DNA from: Vibrio cholerae ATCC 14035
Lineage (GTDB): Bacteria > Pseudomonadota > Gammaproteobacteria > Enterobacterales > Vibrionaceae
Length of the DNA: 32,000 nt
Direction of reading: 5' to 3'
NCBI RefSeq assembly: GCF_000621645.1
Contig: NZ_JHXR01000003.1
Location: 180,001-212,000, forward strand
How positions within the stretch are numbered: position 1 is the stretch's first letter; every line of letters begins with the position of its first letter. A model generated the notes under the pieces. The model saw only the letters and a list, made by a program, of their open reading frames with translations, did no database searches and was not told where the DNA came from. Position numbers and translations under genes: made by a program. Shown here one piece after another: positions 11,075 to 18,120 of this stretch.

Positions 11075-12016
11075 TTACGATTGATTATCAAAAAAGCGCA
11101 GACGGCGCAAAATCCAAAACTCTAAGCCGAAAATTAGCCCAAGTCCTGCACAAAACAGCCCAAAGGCGATGGGCGATTCAGTCCCCGGAATGCCGCCAAC
11201 GTTCACGCCTAACAAACCCGTTAAGAAACTGGTCGGCAGGAAAATTGCCGCGATCACGGAAAACAAATACGTGTTCTGGTTCATCTTCTCTGCATGGTAC
11301 TGGCGCAGTTCACCTTTGATGATTTCCAGCTCACTCAAGAAGAAGTCCAAGGTTTCGTTAATCCGCGTTACCGTGTTGACGCTGTGGCGCAAACGTAAAT
11401 GTTGGCTCTGCGCCAGGGCGACTTCCGAATTGAGATAATCATCCAAAGCGTATTGCTGCGGCTTAATGAAACGCTTCAATTTGAGCAGTGATTTATGGGT
11501 TTGCATCAGCTCATTACTGAGTTCGAGTTCTTCATCAAACTGGGTGATGCGTTCCTCAATCTGGTCGAGATAGAGGTCGATGTTTTTATTCAGTTCATCG
11601 ACTACACGCACAATCAGTTCTGCCAAATTGGATGGGCCTTGGCCGGCTTCAAGCGCTGTACGCACGGTACTGATCGCTTTCGAAGGTGTTTTACGAGTCG
11701 AGATCAACGCGCCGTGATAATAGAGAATACGCACACTGAGCATATCCGCAGGATCCGCGTTATCGTTAAGATTCACCCCACGCAAGATCAGCAGAAAGTT
11801 CTGTTCATCATACTGCTCAAACAGGGGGCGAGTATCTTCGGCCAACAAACTGTCGATAACCGAAGAGGGAACATTTTGGTCGAGTAACCACTCGCGCAGC
11901 CCTTTAGCATCGCGTTGGCAGTGATACCAATCACCGGCTTGTAGTGTTTGCAATTGAGCAGGATGTCGCTTTGGCGCGGAATCGCCAAAACGCCAGTGAT
12001 CGATGAGAAACTCCAT
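11075..12016 (-). CDS. zntB: CorA-superfamily zinc transporter ZntB
   Basis: The C-terminal FLPTSFLTGLLGVNVGGIPG has the GVN variant of CorA's GMN, followed by TM2, as in E. coli ZntB. ATG 12016 (MEFLIDHW...) has AAGGA ~6 nt upstream and is preferred to 12058. Confidence 0.8.
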   Translation of the reverse strand: MEFLIDHWRFGDSAPKRHPAQLQTLQAGDWYHCQRDAKGLREWLLDQNVPSSVIDSLLAEDTRPLFEQYDEQNFLLILRGVNLNDNADPADMLSVRILYYHGALISTRKTPSKAISTVRTALEAGQGPSNLAELIVRVVDELNKNIDLYLDQIEERITQFDEELELSNELMQTHKSLLKLKRFIKPQQYALDDYLNSEVALAQSQHLRLRHSVNTVTRINETLDFFLSELEIIKGELRQYHAEKMNQNTYLFSVIAAIFLPTSFLTGLLGVNVGGIPGTESPIAFGLFCAGLGLIFGLEFWILRRLRFFDNQS

Positions 12017-12048
12017 GGTGATCCTTGTTTCAAAACCTTGATGGCAAG

Positions 12049-12077
12049 AAAGTAACAATGGAGCGATAAAGAGTCAA
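12049..12077 (-). promoter_or_regulatory. Candidate sigma-70 promoter of zntB
   Basis: On the minus strand TTGACT (12077-12072), a 17-nt spacer, then TACTTT (12054-12049). This sits ~30 nt upstream of ATG 12016. Sequence pattern only. Confidence 0.3.
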
Positions 12078-12100
12078 AGCCCAGAATATTTCTGGGCTTT
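12076..12100 (-). terminator. Hairpin terminator downstream of the ATP-grasp gene and ERIC copy A
   Basis: Perfect 10-bp stem aaagcccaga (12076-12085) / tctgggcttt (12091-12100) with a 5-nt loop. The A/T tracts are built into both arms. Confidence 0.55.
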
Positions 12101-12114
12101 GATTAGAGAAGGAT

Positions 12115-12240
12115 ATTCCCTTCCTACTTGAAGTTGCAGCGGTGTTGGCTACGTTCGTTCACCCCAATCACATAGTCTATCTATGCTCATGGGGACTCAC
12201 TCACTTGCCGCCTACCTGCAACTCCAAGTTGTTTGGGAAT
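12115..12240 (+). repeat. ERIC/IRU-like intergenic repeat, full length (copy A)
   Basis: 126-bp imperfect palindrome. The central ...gttcaccccaatcaca...atgctcatggggactcac... matches ~17-18 of 22 positions of each ERIC-PCR primer site (ERIC2 and ERIC1R). It differs from copy D at only 3 positions. Confidence 0.85.
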
Positions 12241-12247
12241 AAACGGT

Positions 12248-13699
12248 TTAAAAACCACGCATTTGAATGCGGCGTAAGAACTCGGTCATGATGCGATCGT
12301 AGAGCAGATCGCCCAAGAAGGCGTCTTCCACATGGTGATCGATACTTGGGTTATCATTCACTTCAATTACGTAAACTTGACCATCAATCTCTTTAAGATC
12401 CACACCGTAGAGTCCGCCACCAATCAGGTTTGCGGCTTTGACCGCCACATCGACCACATGCTTCGGTACTTGTTTGAGATCGAGCGTTTCAAAGCCACCT
12501 GCGGTCACGCGGCCGCTGTTATGGTGTTGGTAAATCTGCCAGTGGCCACGGCTCATCATGTACTTACAAGCAAAAATCGCTTGACGGTTCATCACCCCGA
12601 TACGCCAGTCAAAGTCGGTCGGCATAAAGGCTTGCGCCAAAATCAGCGCGCTTTTCTCAAACAGGGTACCGGCTTCTTTCTCCAGCTCTTGCTCATTGCG
12701 CACTTTCACCACACCGCGAGAAAAGGCACCATCAGGAATTTTCAGCACCATAGGGAAATCCAACTGCTCCATCAGCCCGGTTTTCCACTCTGGGTCAAAA
12801 CTGCGGATGATCACGCTCTTCGGTGCGGGTACCTTGTTGGTTTCCAACAGCTCAGTCAAAAATACCTTGTTGGTGCATTTCATGATCGATTCAGAGTCAT
12901 CCATCACCACTAAGCCCATCTTCTCAGCGGTTTTCGCGAAGCGATAGGTGTAGTTACTGATGTTGGTGGTGGCGCGAATAAACAGACCATCAAATTCCCC
13001 CAAACGCGACAAATCATCCGGTGAAATGGTTTCCAAGTTCATACCCAAACGGTTGGCGGCGCGATGGAAACGTTTGAGCGCAGAAGCATCAGACGGTGGC
13101 ATTTTTTCATCTGGGTCGACCAGCATTGCGATGTCGTAGCGGTACTTCTTCTCTTGCTTTGGACGACGCCACACTTTGGTAGAGAACATTTCTAGAGACT
13201 CAATGAAGAAATCCTGCTCGGGGTCTTCTAAGTCTTGAAACGGGAAGGGAGCGATTTTGATGATCTGCCATTGCCCTTGGTATTTGTGCATTTCCAGTTC
13301 AATCACGGGCACCATGAACTGCTCAAACAGGCGGCGCGCCAGTTTTTCTAAGCCTTTTTGTGGAGTGCGGCCAAAGTAAATTTTGGTGTTGATGACGTCA
13401 GTGCCACTGTTCAGTTTGTGCATCTTGATCAGGCCGGAAGAGAGGAAAAACGGCTGATTGATGTCATTAATCGCCATCACGCGCGGGATCACGCGGTGGC
13501 CACGGGCTTCGGCCATCAAGGAAACATAGTAACCGCTACTCATGTAGCCGTAATCGCGACACAGGTTGACTACCTGTACACTGCGGTGATTGAATTTCCA
13601 GTCAGTATCGAGATATTGATCGACACTAACAACTTGTTCTGAAGGGAAATATTGTTGCCAGTCACTGACCTGATCGGTCACGATTAAAAGGTTAGCCAT
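12248..13699 (-). CDS. RimK-type ATP-grasp amidoligase with an N-terminal RLAN-like domain
   Basis: 483 aa. The C-terminal ~290 aa are ATP-grasp (FPMVLKIPDGAFSRGV, GGGLYGVDL, and YVIEVNDNPSI as the E-x-N metal/ATP motif). The N-terminal ~190 aa form a non-catalytic-looking alpha/beta region. AGGAAG lies ~10 nt upstream of the ATG. Confidence 0.8.
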   Translation of the reverse strand: MANLLIVTDQVSDWQQYFPSEQVVSVDQYLDTDWKFNHRSVQVVNLCRDYGYMSSGYYVSLMAEARGHRVIPRVMAINDINQPFFLSSGLIKMHKLNSGTDVINTKIYFGRTPQKGLEKLARRLFEQFMVPVIELEMHKYQGQWQIIKIAPFPFQDLEDPEQDFFIESLEMFSTKVWRRPKQEKKYRYDIAMLVDPDEKMPPSDASALKRFHRAANRLGMNLETISPDDLSRLGEFDGLFIRATTNISNYTYRFAKTAEKMGLVVMDDSESIMKCTNKVFLTELLETNKVPAPKSVIIRSFDPEWKTGLMEQLDFPMVLKIPDGAFSRGVVKVRNEQELEKEAGTLFEKSALILAQAFMPTDFDWRIGVMNRQAIFACKYMMSRGHWQIYQHHNSGRVTAGGFETLDLKQVPKHVVDVAVKAANLIGGGLYGVDLKEIDGQVYVIEVNDNPSIDHHVEDAFLGDLLYDRIMTEFLRRIQMRGF

Positions 13700-13730
13700 C
13701 GGTATATTCTTCCTATTGTCATAGGTTTAT

Positions 13731-13852
13731 GCCCTTCCTACTTGTCATGGCAGCGGTGTTGGCTAGGTTCATTCACCCCAAACATAGAGTGAACTATGCT
13801 CATGGGGATGAATTCACTTGCTGCCTACCTGCAACTCCAAGTCGTTTGGGGC
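13731..13852 (+). repeat. ERIC/IRU-like repeat, diverged (copy B)
   Basis: Alignable over its whole length to copies A and D (cccttcctacttg...cagcggtgttggcta...ttcacccca...ctatgctcatgggga...ttcacttgc.gcctacctgcaactccaagt.gtttgggg). It carries clustered substitutions in the left arm and one indel. Confidence 0.8.
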
Positions 13853-13903
13853 TATTATGTGAGTCGCAATCTCGTCAATCCACTCATTATTTAAGGACGT
13901 TGA

Positions 13904-14995
13904 ATGGACATTCGTCGTGCCAATAGCGCTGATCTCAATGCGCTCAATGCGTTAGAACAACAGCTTTTTGACGGGGATAGAATCTCTCCTCGCCAAATGA
14001 AGCGTTTTTTACATTCCGACCATGCGGCGTTATTCGTGGCAGATGCCGGCGACCAGCTGGCGGGATATGCATTGCTTCTATTTCATCAAGGTACACAGCT
14101 ATCAAGATTGTATTCGATTGCCGTAAAACCTGAATTCAGAGGGCAGAGAATTGCTCAGAGTTTAGTCGAGCAATGCGAGCGTGCTGCTCTTGATCAAGGC
14201 TCAACTACATTACGGCTGGAAGTGCGTGAAGACAATACCGCCGCCCTAAAATTATATGAAAAGATGGGCTATAAAACCTTGAAGTTGCTCATCCATTACT
14301 ATGACGATTTGTGCGATGGGCGCAGAATGCAGAAAAGGTTAACGCCTCAAGAGTCCAAAGTCTTGCTGCCGATGCCTTTGTATGTACAAACCACGCCATT
14401 TACTTGTGGTGCAGCCTGTCTGTTAATGAGTTTTGCCTGCTTGGATAAAACCTTTGAGCCGAGCCGCACGCAAGAGATGCAGCTGTGGCGTGAAGCCACC
14501 ACGATTTTTATGGCGGCTGGGCATGGTGGCTGCAGTGGCCAAGGTTTGGCGCTGGCCGCCGCAAGACGTGGCTATCATGTTGAGCTATGGAATCAATCTC
14601 GATCAACGCCTTTTATTGATAGCGTACGTGACCCCAACAAAAAGCAGATCATTGAGTTAGTGCACCAAGATTTTTGCCAGCAACTTACCGAGCAAGATGT
14701 GAGTATGATTGATGCGCCGCCATCGCAAGCCCAGCTTGAAGAGTGGGTACGGCAAGGAGCCTGTGTGCTGCTGCTCATTAGCACGTACCGTTTTGATGGT
14801 AAGAAAGAGCCGCACTGGATTGTGCTCAGTGGCTTGAGTGATAAGTTCTTCTTTTTCCACGATCCGCATGCAGAATCGGAAGAGCATGTGAGCGGTTCGG
14901 GTTATATTCCGGTGGGCAAAGCGGCACTGTCGCAAATCATCGGCTTTGGTAAGCAAAAGCAGATCGCTTGTGTGGTGATCACACCTCGCCTATAG
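13904..14995 (+). CDS. GNAT N-acetyltransferase fused to a papain-like (C39-like) cysteine peptidase domain
   Basis: aa 1-145 are GNAT (…YSIAVKPEFRGQRIAQSLV…LEVREDNTAALKLYEKMGY). aa ~150-363 hold a candidate Cys-His-Asp triad: TPFTCGAACL (Cys168, nt 14405-14407), EPHWIVL (His304) and FHDP (Asp320). AAGGA lies 6 nt upstream of the ATG. Confidence 0.8.
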   Translation: MDIRRANSADLNALNALEQQLFDGDRISPRQMKRFLHSDHAALFVADAGDQLAGYALLLFHQGTQLSRLYSIAVKPEFRGQRIAQSLVEQCERAALDQGSTTLRLEVREDNTAALKLYEKMGYKTLKLLIHYYDDLCDGRRMQKRLTPQESKVLLPMPLYVQTTPFTCGAACLLMSFACLDKTFEPSRTQEMQLWREATTIFMAAGHGGCSGQGLALAAARRGYHVELWNQSRSTPFIDSVRDPNKKQIIELVHQDFCQQLTEQDVSMIDAPPSQAQLEEWVRQGACVLLLISTYRFDGKKEPHWIVLSGLSDKFFFFHDPHAESEEHVSGSGYIPVGKAALSQIIGFGKQKQIACVVITPRL

Positions 14996-15021
14996 AGTTT
15001 GAGTGAAACACACATCAAAAA

Positions 15022-15056
15022 GTCATAATGACTCGATTTTTCGGTGTCATTATGAC
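15022..15056. promoter_or_regulatory. Two NorR-type enhancer boxes (GT-N7-AC)
   Basis: GTCATAATGAC (15022-15032) and GTCATTATGAC (15046-15056) are both palindromic, 24 bp centre to centre, and lie ~45-80 bp upstream of the sigma-54 element. Confidence 0.6.
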
Positions 15057-15097
15057 TTTTCCTTTTTCTAGTCTATTGATTTTAAATATGAATTATC

Positions 15098-15113
15098 TTG
15101 GCTTGGTTTGTGC
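15098..15113 (+). promoter_or_regulatory. Sigma-54 (-24/-12) promoter of nnrS
   Basis: TGGCttggtttgTGCt has GG and GC exactly 10 nt apart, as in the TGGCAC-N5-TTGC consensus. It lies 45 nt upstream of the preferred nnrS start. Confidence 0.6.
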
Positions 15114-15157
15114 TCATCACTGGTTCGGTCTGTGATGAAGTCGGCGAAGGAGCCAAA

Positions 15158-16342
15158 GTGATCAACATTATCGATAAACGTGTCGAAGAGCGTATTCCTG
15201 CCGTACTGCGGTTGGGATTTCGTCCTTTCTTCTTACTTGGCAGTGTTTATGCCGTGGTGGCGATTGTGGCTTGGGTGTGGATGTTTCAAACCGGACAACC
15301 GCCACGCTTGCAAGTCCCCGCGCTGTGGTGGCATGTGCATGAAATGCTGTTTGGTTTTGCGATGGCGATTGTGGCCGGATTTCTGCTCACGGCGGTGCAA
15401 AACTGGACGGGCATTACTGGCACGAAAAGTCACCGTTTAGCTCTCATTGTGGCTTTGTGGCTAATGGTGCGGATTCTGTTTTGGTTACCTGTGCCGCTCT
15501 GGTTAACGTCGAGTATTGAAGCGCTATTTCTTCTGGCGGTGGCCTATGAAGTGGGGTTACGGGTGGTAAAAGCCAAAGGTTGGCGCAACCTATTTTTTAT
15601 CCCTCTGTTTCTGTTGGCGATTGCCGCTAACTTTGCCAGCTACGCCACCATTAAAGGCATGCCGCCATTCCCGAGCAGTGCGGTGTGGCAAGCCATGCTG
15701 TGGTGGTTTATGTTGCTGCTTTCGGTGATGGGCGGGCGAGTGATTCCGTTTTTTACTGCAAGACGCTTTCAATTTACCAAAGCGGAGCCGATTTTGGCTT
15801 TGGATGTGATCGCAAACGGTAGCTTACTGGCGCTGTTTGTACTTAGTTTCTTCCCATTGACCACGGCACAACTCGGCCAGCCTTTGATGCTGTTAGCTGG
15901 CGTCGCGCAATTGATCCGCTTTTTACGTTGGCAGTCTTGGCGTACAGTGAGTGAGCCTTTAGTCTGGTCACTGCATGCTGCCTATCTGTGTATCCCGCTG
16001 AGTTTGCTGCTGCGCGGGGGAGTGAATAACGCTTGGCTGAACCACAACTTACTGCATTTATTTGCGATTGGTGCGCTCTCTGGCCTAGTTTTAAGCATGA
16101 TTGCGCGTGTCACTATGGGGCATACGGGACGAGCGATTTATCAAGGCCCTAACATGCAATGGGCATTTATCGCTTTGTTGCTTGCTGCACTTGTGCGCAG
16201 TTTCGGTGTGGGTTTGCTGCCGCAGCAGTTGCTGATTTGGGTGAACCTGAGCGCTGCGCTGTGGGTGATTGCGTTTGCACTGTTTGTGCTGCGCTTTGGC
16301 GCAATGTTGCTAAAACCAAGAGTGGATGGTCATCCCGGTTAA
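15158..16342 (+). CDS. nnrS: NnrS family haem/copper membrane protein (nitrosative-stress response)
   Basis: Polytopic protein with the N-terminal LRLGFRPFFLLGS and WWHVHEMLFGF motifs typical of NnrS. GTG 15158 is preceded by GAAGGAG (15146-15152). The track's TTG at 15098 coincides with the sigma-54 promoter, so I disfavour it. Confidence 0.8.
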   Translation: MINIIDKRVEERIPAVLRLGFRPFFLLGSVYAVVAIVAWVWMFQTGQPPRLQVPALWWHVHEMLFGFAMAIVAGFLLTAVQNWTGITGTKSHRLALIVALWLMVRILFWLPVPLWLTSSIEALFLLAVAYEVGLRVVKAKGWRNLFFIPLFLLAIAANFASYATIKGMPPFPSSAVWQAMLWWFMLLLSVMGGRVIPFFTARRFQFTKAEPILALDVIANGSLLALFVLSFFPLTTAQLGQPLMLLAGVAQLIRFLRWQSWRTVSEPLVWSLHAAYLCIPLSLLLRGGVNNAWLNHNLLHLFAIGALSGLVLSMIARVTMGHTGRAIYQGPNMQWAFIALLLAALVRSFGVGLLPQQLLIWVNLSAALWVIAFALFVLRFGAMLLKPRVDGHPG

Positions 16343-16370
16343 GCGTATTGAAATGCAAGATTTGAGATAA

Positions 16371-16400
16371 AAAAATGGCTTGGAAATTCAAGCCATTTTT
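16371..16400. terminator. Bidirectional rho-independent terminator between convergent nnrS and dapD
   Basis: Perfect 12-bp stem aaaaatggcttg (16371-16382) / caagccattttt (16389-16400) with a 6-nt loop. A- and T-runs serve both strands. Confidence 0.85.
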
Positions 16401-16423
16401 CTTGCATCACGAACGTATCAAGA

Positions 16424-17455
16424 TCAGTTGTTCTTGTGCAGTTCGCTGTTGAGTTCCACGGCCGATTTGTTGGCCAGACACTCAATTTGTCCAGTCAGTG
16501 AGTTACGACGGAACAGCAAATCCGAAACGCCAGCCAGATCGCGTGCTTTAACGATATCGACTTGGTTGCCATCTTTATCCAGCGTGCGCACTTTGGTGCC
16601 GGCCGTCACGTACAAGCCTGATTCCACAGTACAGCGATCGCCAAGTGGGAAGCCCAAGCCTGCGTTTGCACCAAGCAGAGAGTTTTCACCAATCGATACC
16701 ACTACTTTGCCGCCGCCAGACAGCGTACCCATGATGGATGCGCCGCCGCCGATGTCTGAGCCATTGCCCACCACAACACCCGCAGAAATACGGCCTTCAA
16801 CCATGCTCACGCCAGTGGTACCCGCGTTGAAGTTGATGAAGCCTTCATGCATGACTGTGGTGCCTTCACCCACATGTGCGCCAAGACGTACGCGAGAAGT
16901 GTCCGCGATACGAATACCTGCAGGGACCACGTAATCGACCATTTTCGGGAATTTGTCGACGCAATCGACCGTCAGCACTCGGCCAGCCAGACGCGCTTCG
17001 ATTTGGCGCTCTGCCAGTTCTGGAAGATCAATGGGGCCTTCATTGGTCCATGCGATGTTGTGCAGCAGACCGAAAATGCCATCCAGTACCGTACCGTGTG
17101 GTTTAACCAGACGGTGAGAAATCAGTTGTAGCTTGAGGTAGCCTTCAGCCACGCTTTGTGGCTTTTCATCGCTGGCCAGAATCACCAGCACGAGAGGCTG
17201 TTTGGCATTGGCAGCTTTATCAGCAAATGCTGCGCTTGCGACTTGTTGATGAGCGGCGAAAACTGCGGCTAATTGCGCGCTTTGTGCCGCGGTAATGTCT
17301 AGCGCTTGATTGCCTTCTTGGTAACCCACGATCGGTGCCAATGCCGCAACCAAAGCGTCGCTAGGAGCCAGAATGGGGGGTGGGAAGAAGGCTTCAATAA
17401 TTTTTCCATCACGATTTTTGGTCGCGGTTGCTAGACCTAAAGCAAAGTACGCCAT
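16424..17455 (-). CDS. dapD: 2,3,4,5-tetrahydropyridine-2,6-dicarboxylate N-succinyltransferase (long, ~340-aa form)
   Basis: Colinear with the Pseudomonas-type long DapD: KLQLISHRLVKPHG, DKFPKMVDYVVPAGIRIAD, hexapeptide-repeat core GEGTTVMHEGFINFNAGT...GTLSGGG, and LFRRNS. Confidence 0.9.
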   Translation of the reverse strand: MAYFALGLATATKNRDGKIIEAFFPPPILAPSDALVAALAPIVGYQEGNQALDITAAQSAQLAAVFAAHQQVASAAFADKAANAKQPLVLVILASDEKPQSVAEGYLKLQLISHRLVKPHGTVLDGIFGLLHNIAWTNEGPIDLPELAERQIEARLAGRVLTVDCVDKFPKMVDYVVPAGIRIADTSRVRLGAHVGEGTTVMHEGFINFNAGTTGVSMVEGRISAGVVVGNGSDIGGGASIMGTLSGGGKVVVSIGENSLLGANAGLGFPLGDRCTVESGLYVTAGTKVRTLDKDGNQVDIVKARDLAGVSDLLFRRNSLTGQIECLANKSAVELNSELHKNN

Positions 17456-17646
17456 GTGTATTCTCCATCATCAAATGTGGGTTGAGCTGTTTGCCCGCTT
17501 GTCATACATGGACAAAGCAAAGGCATTGAGTTGAGCATCCACAGCTCAACCGATAGGTGGTTCATCATAAAGAGTGGTTGAGCAGGATAAAAGACCGCAG
17601 AGGCAATACGTCTGTAGAAGAATGCATTTTGTCTTTTTAAAGTGAT

Positions 17647-17689
17647 CCCCGTCCTACTTGAAGCTGTAGCGGTGTTGGCTACGTTCGTT
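17647..17689 (+). repeat. Truncated ERIC/IRU-like repeat (left arm only, copy C)
   Basis: ccccgtcctacttgaagctgtagcggtgttggctacgttcgtt matches the first ~43 nt of copies A and D with about 4 substitutions. Similarity then stops abruptly before the central core. Confidence 0.7.
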
Positions 17690-17727
17690 TTTCGCAGTAC
17701 TTCGTTTGTGAGCCAACCTCAGCAAAT

Positions 17728-17759
17728 AAAAAAAACCGCTGGTTTCACTCAGCGGTTTT
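17728..17759 (-). terminator. Rho-independent terminator of yebG
   Basis: Stem aaccgctg (17734-17741) / cagcggtt (17750-17757) with an 8-nt loop. On the minus strand a run of 8 T follows (the A-run at 17728-17735). Confidence 0.8.
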
Positions 17760-17764
17760 CTTGA

Positions 17765-18073
17765 TTAGGCAGCGTCGTCGACCGACTCATCGTCATCACT
17801 GTCTGCAACCGCTTTCGGCTTCTTGCCCGTTGCTGGAGCAGGTTTACGCTTGGCTCCCAGTGCGCACAGTACGTCTTCTTTGTTTTGAGCCAAGAACATC
17901 GCCAGCTCTTCTTGCTTGGCTTCATCTTCGATCAGAGCACTTTTACCCAGCAGTTCGAACAACTCGTCTGCCATATCCAGCATTTTGTCATAAGCGTCAG
18001 CTTCGGCTTTCGAGGTAAAAGTCATTTTCTCTTCTCCGTTGCGCTCCACCACGTACTTCACGATAACAGCCAT
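17765..18073 (-). CDS. yebG: YebG-family DNA-damage-inducible protein
   Basis: MAVIVKYVVERNGEEKMTFTSKAEADAYDKMLD is almost identical in pattern to E. coli YebG (MAVEVKYVVIREGEEKMSFTSKKEADAYDKMLD). It has an acidic C-terminal tail, and GAGGAT serves as the SD. Confidence 0.85.
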   Translation of the reverse strand: MAVIVKYVVERNGEEKMTFTSKAEADAYDKMLDMADELFELLGKSALIEDEAKQEELAMFLAQNKEDVLCALGAKRKPAPATGKKPKAVADSDDDESVDDAA

Positions 18074-18104
18074 GGTTAATCCTCTAGTTTGTCGCTAAAA
18101 ATAA

Positions 18105-18120
18105 CTGGCTGTTTATACAG
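18105..18120. promoter_or_regulatory. LexA (SOS) box upstream of yebG
   Basis: On the gene strand this reads CTGTATAAACAGCCAG, which fits CTGT-N8-ACAG with one deviation (CCAG). It lies 32-47 nt upstream of the yebG ATG. Confidence 0.7.

Noticed and set aside
12115-12240. Whether the ~126-bp repeats are V. cholerae repeats (VCR, integron attC sites) marking a gene-cassette array
   Set aside because: The sequence does not resemble the VCR consensus I remember (TAACAAACGCCTCAAGAGGGACTGTCAACGCG...). Instead it matches both ERIC-PCR primer sites at 17-18 of 22 positions. No intI gene or short promoterless cassettes are present, and the flanking genes are conserved housekeeping-type genes.
13729-13926. 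65-aa plus-strand ORF spanning ERIC copy B and running into the GNAT-peptidase start
   Set aside because: It is composed almost entirely of repeat sequence, overlaps the well-supported ATG at 13904 in another frame, and has no SD.
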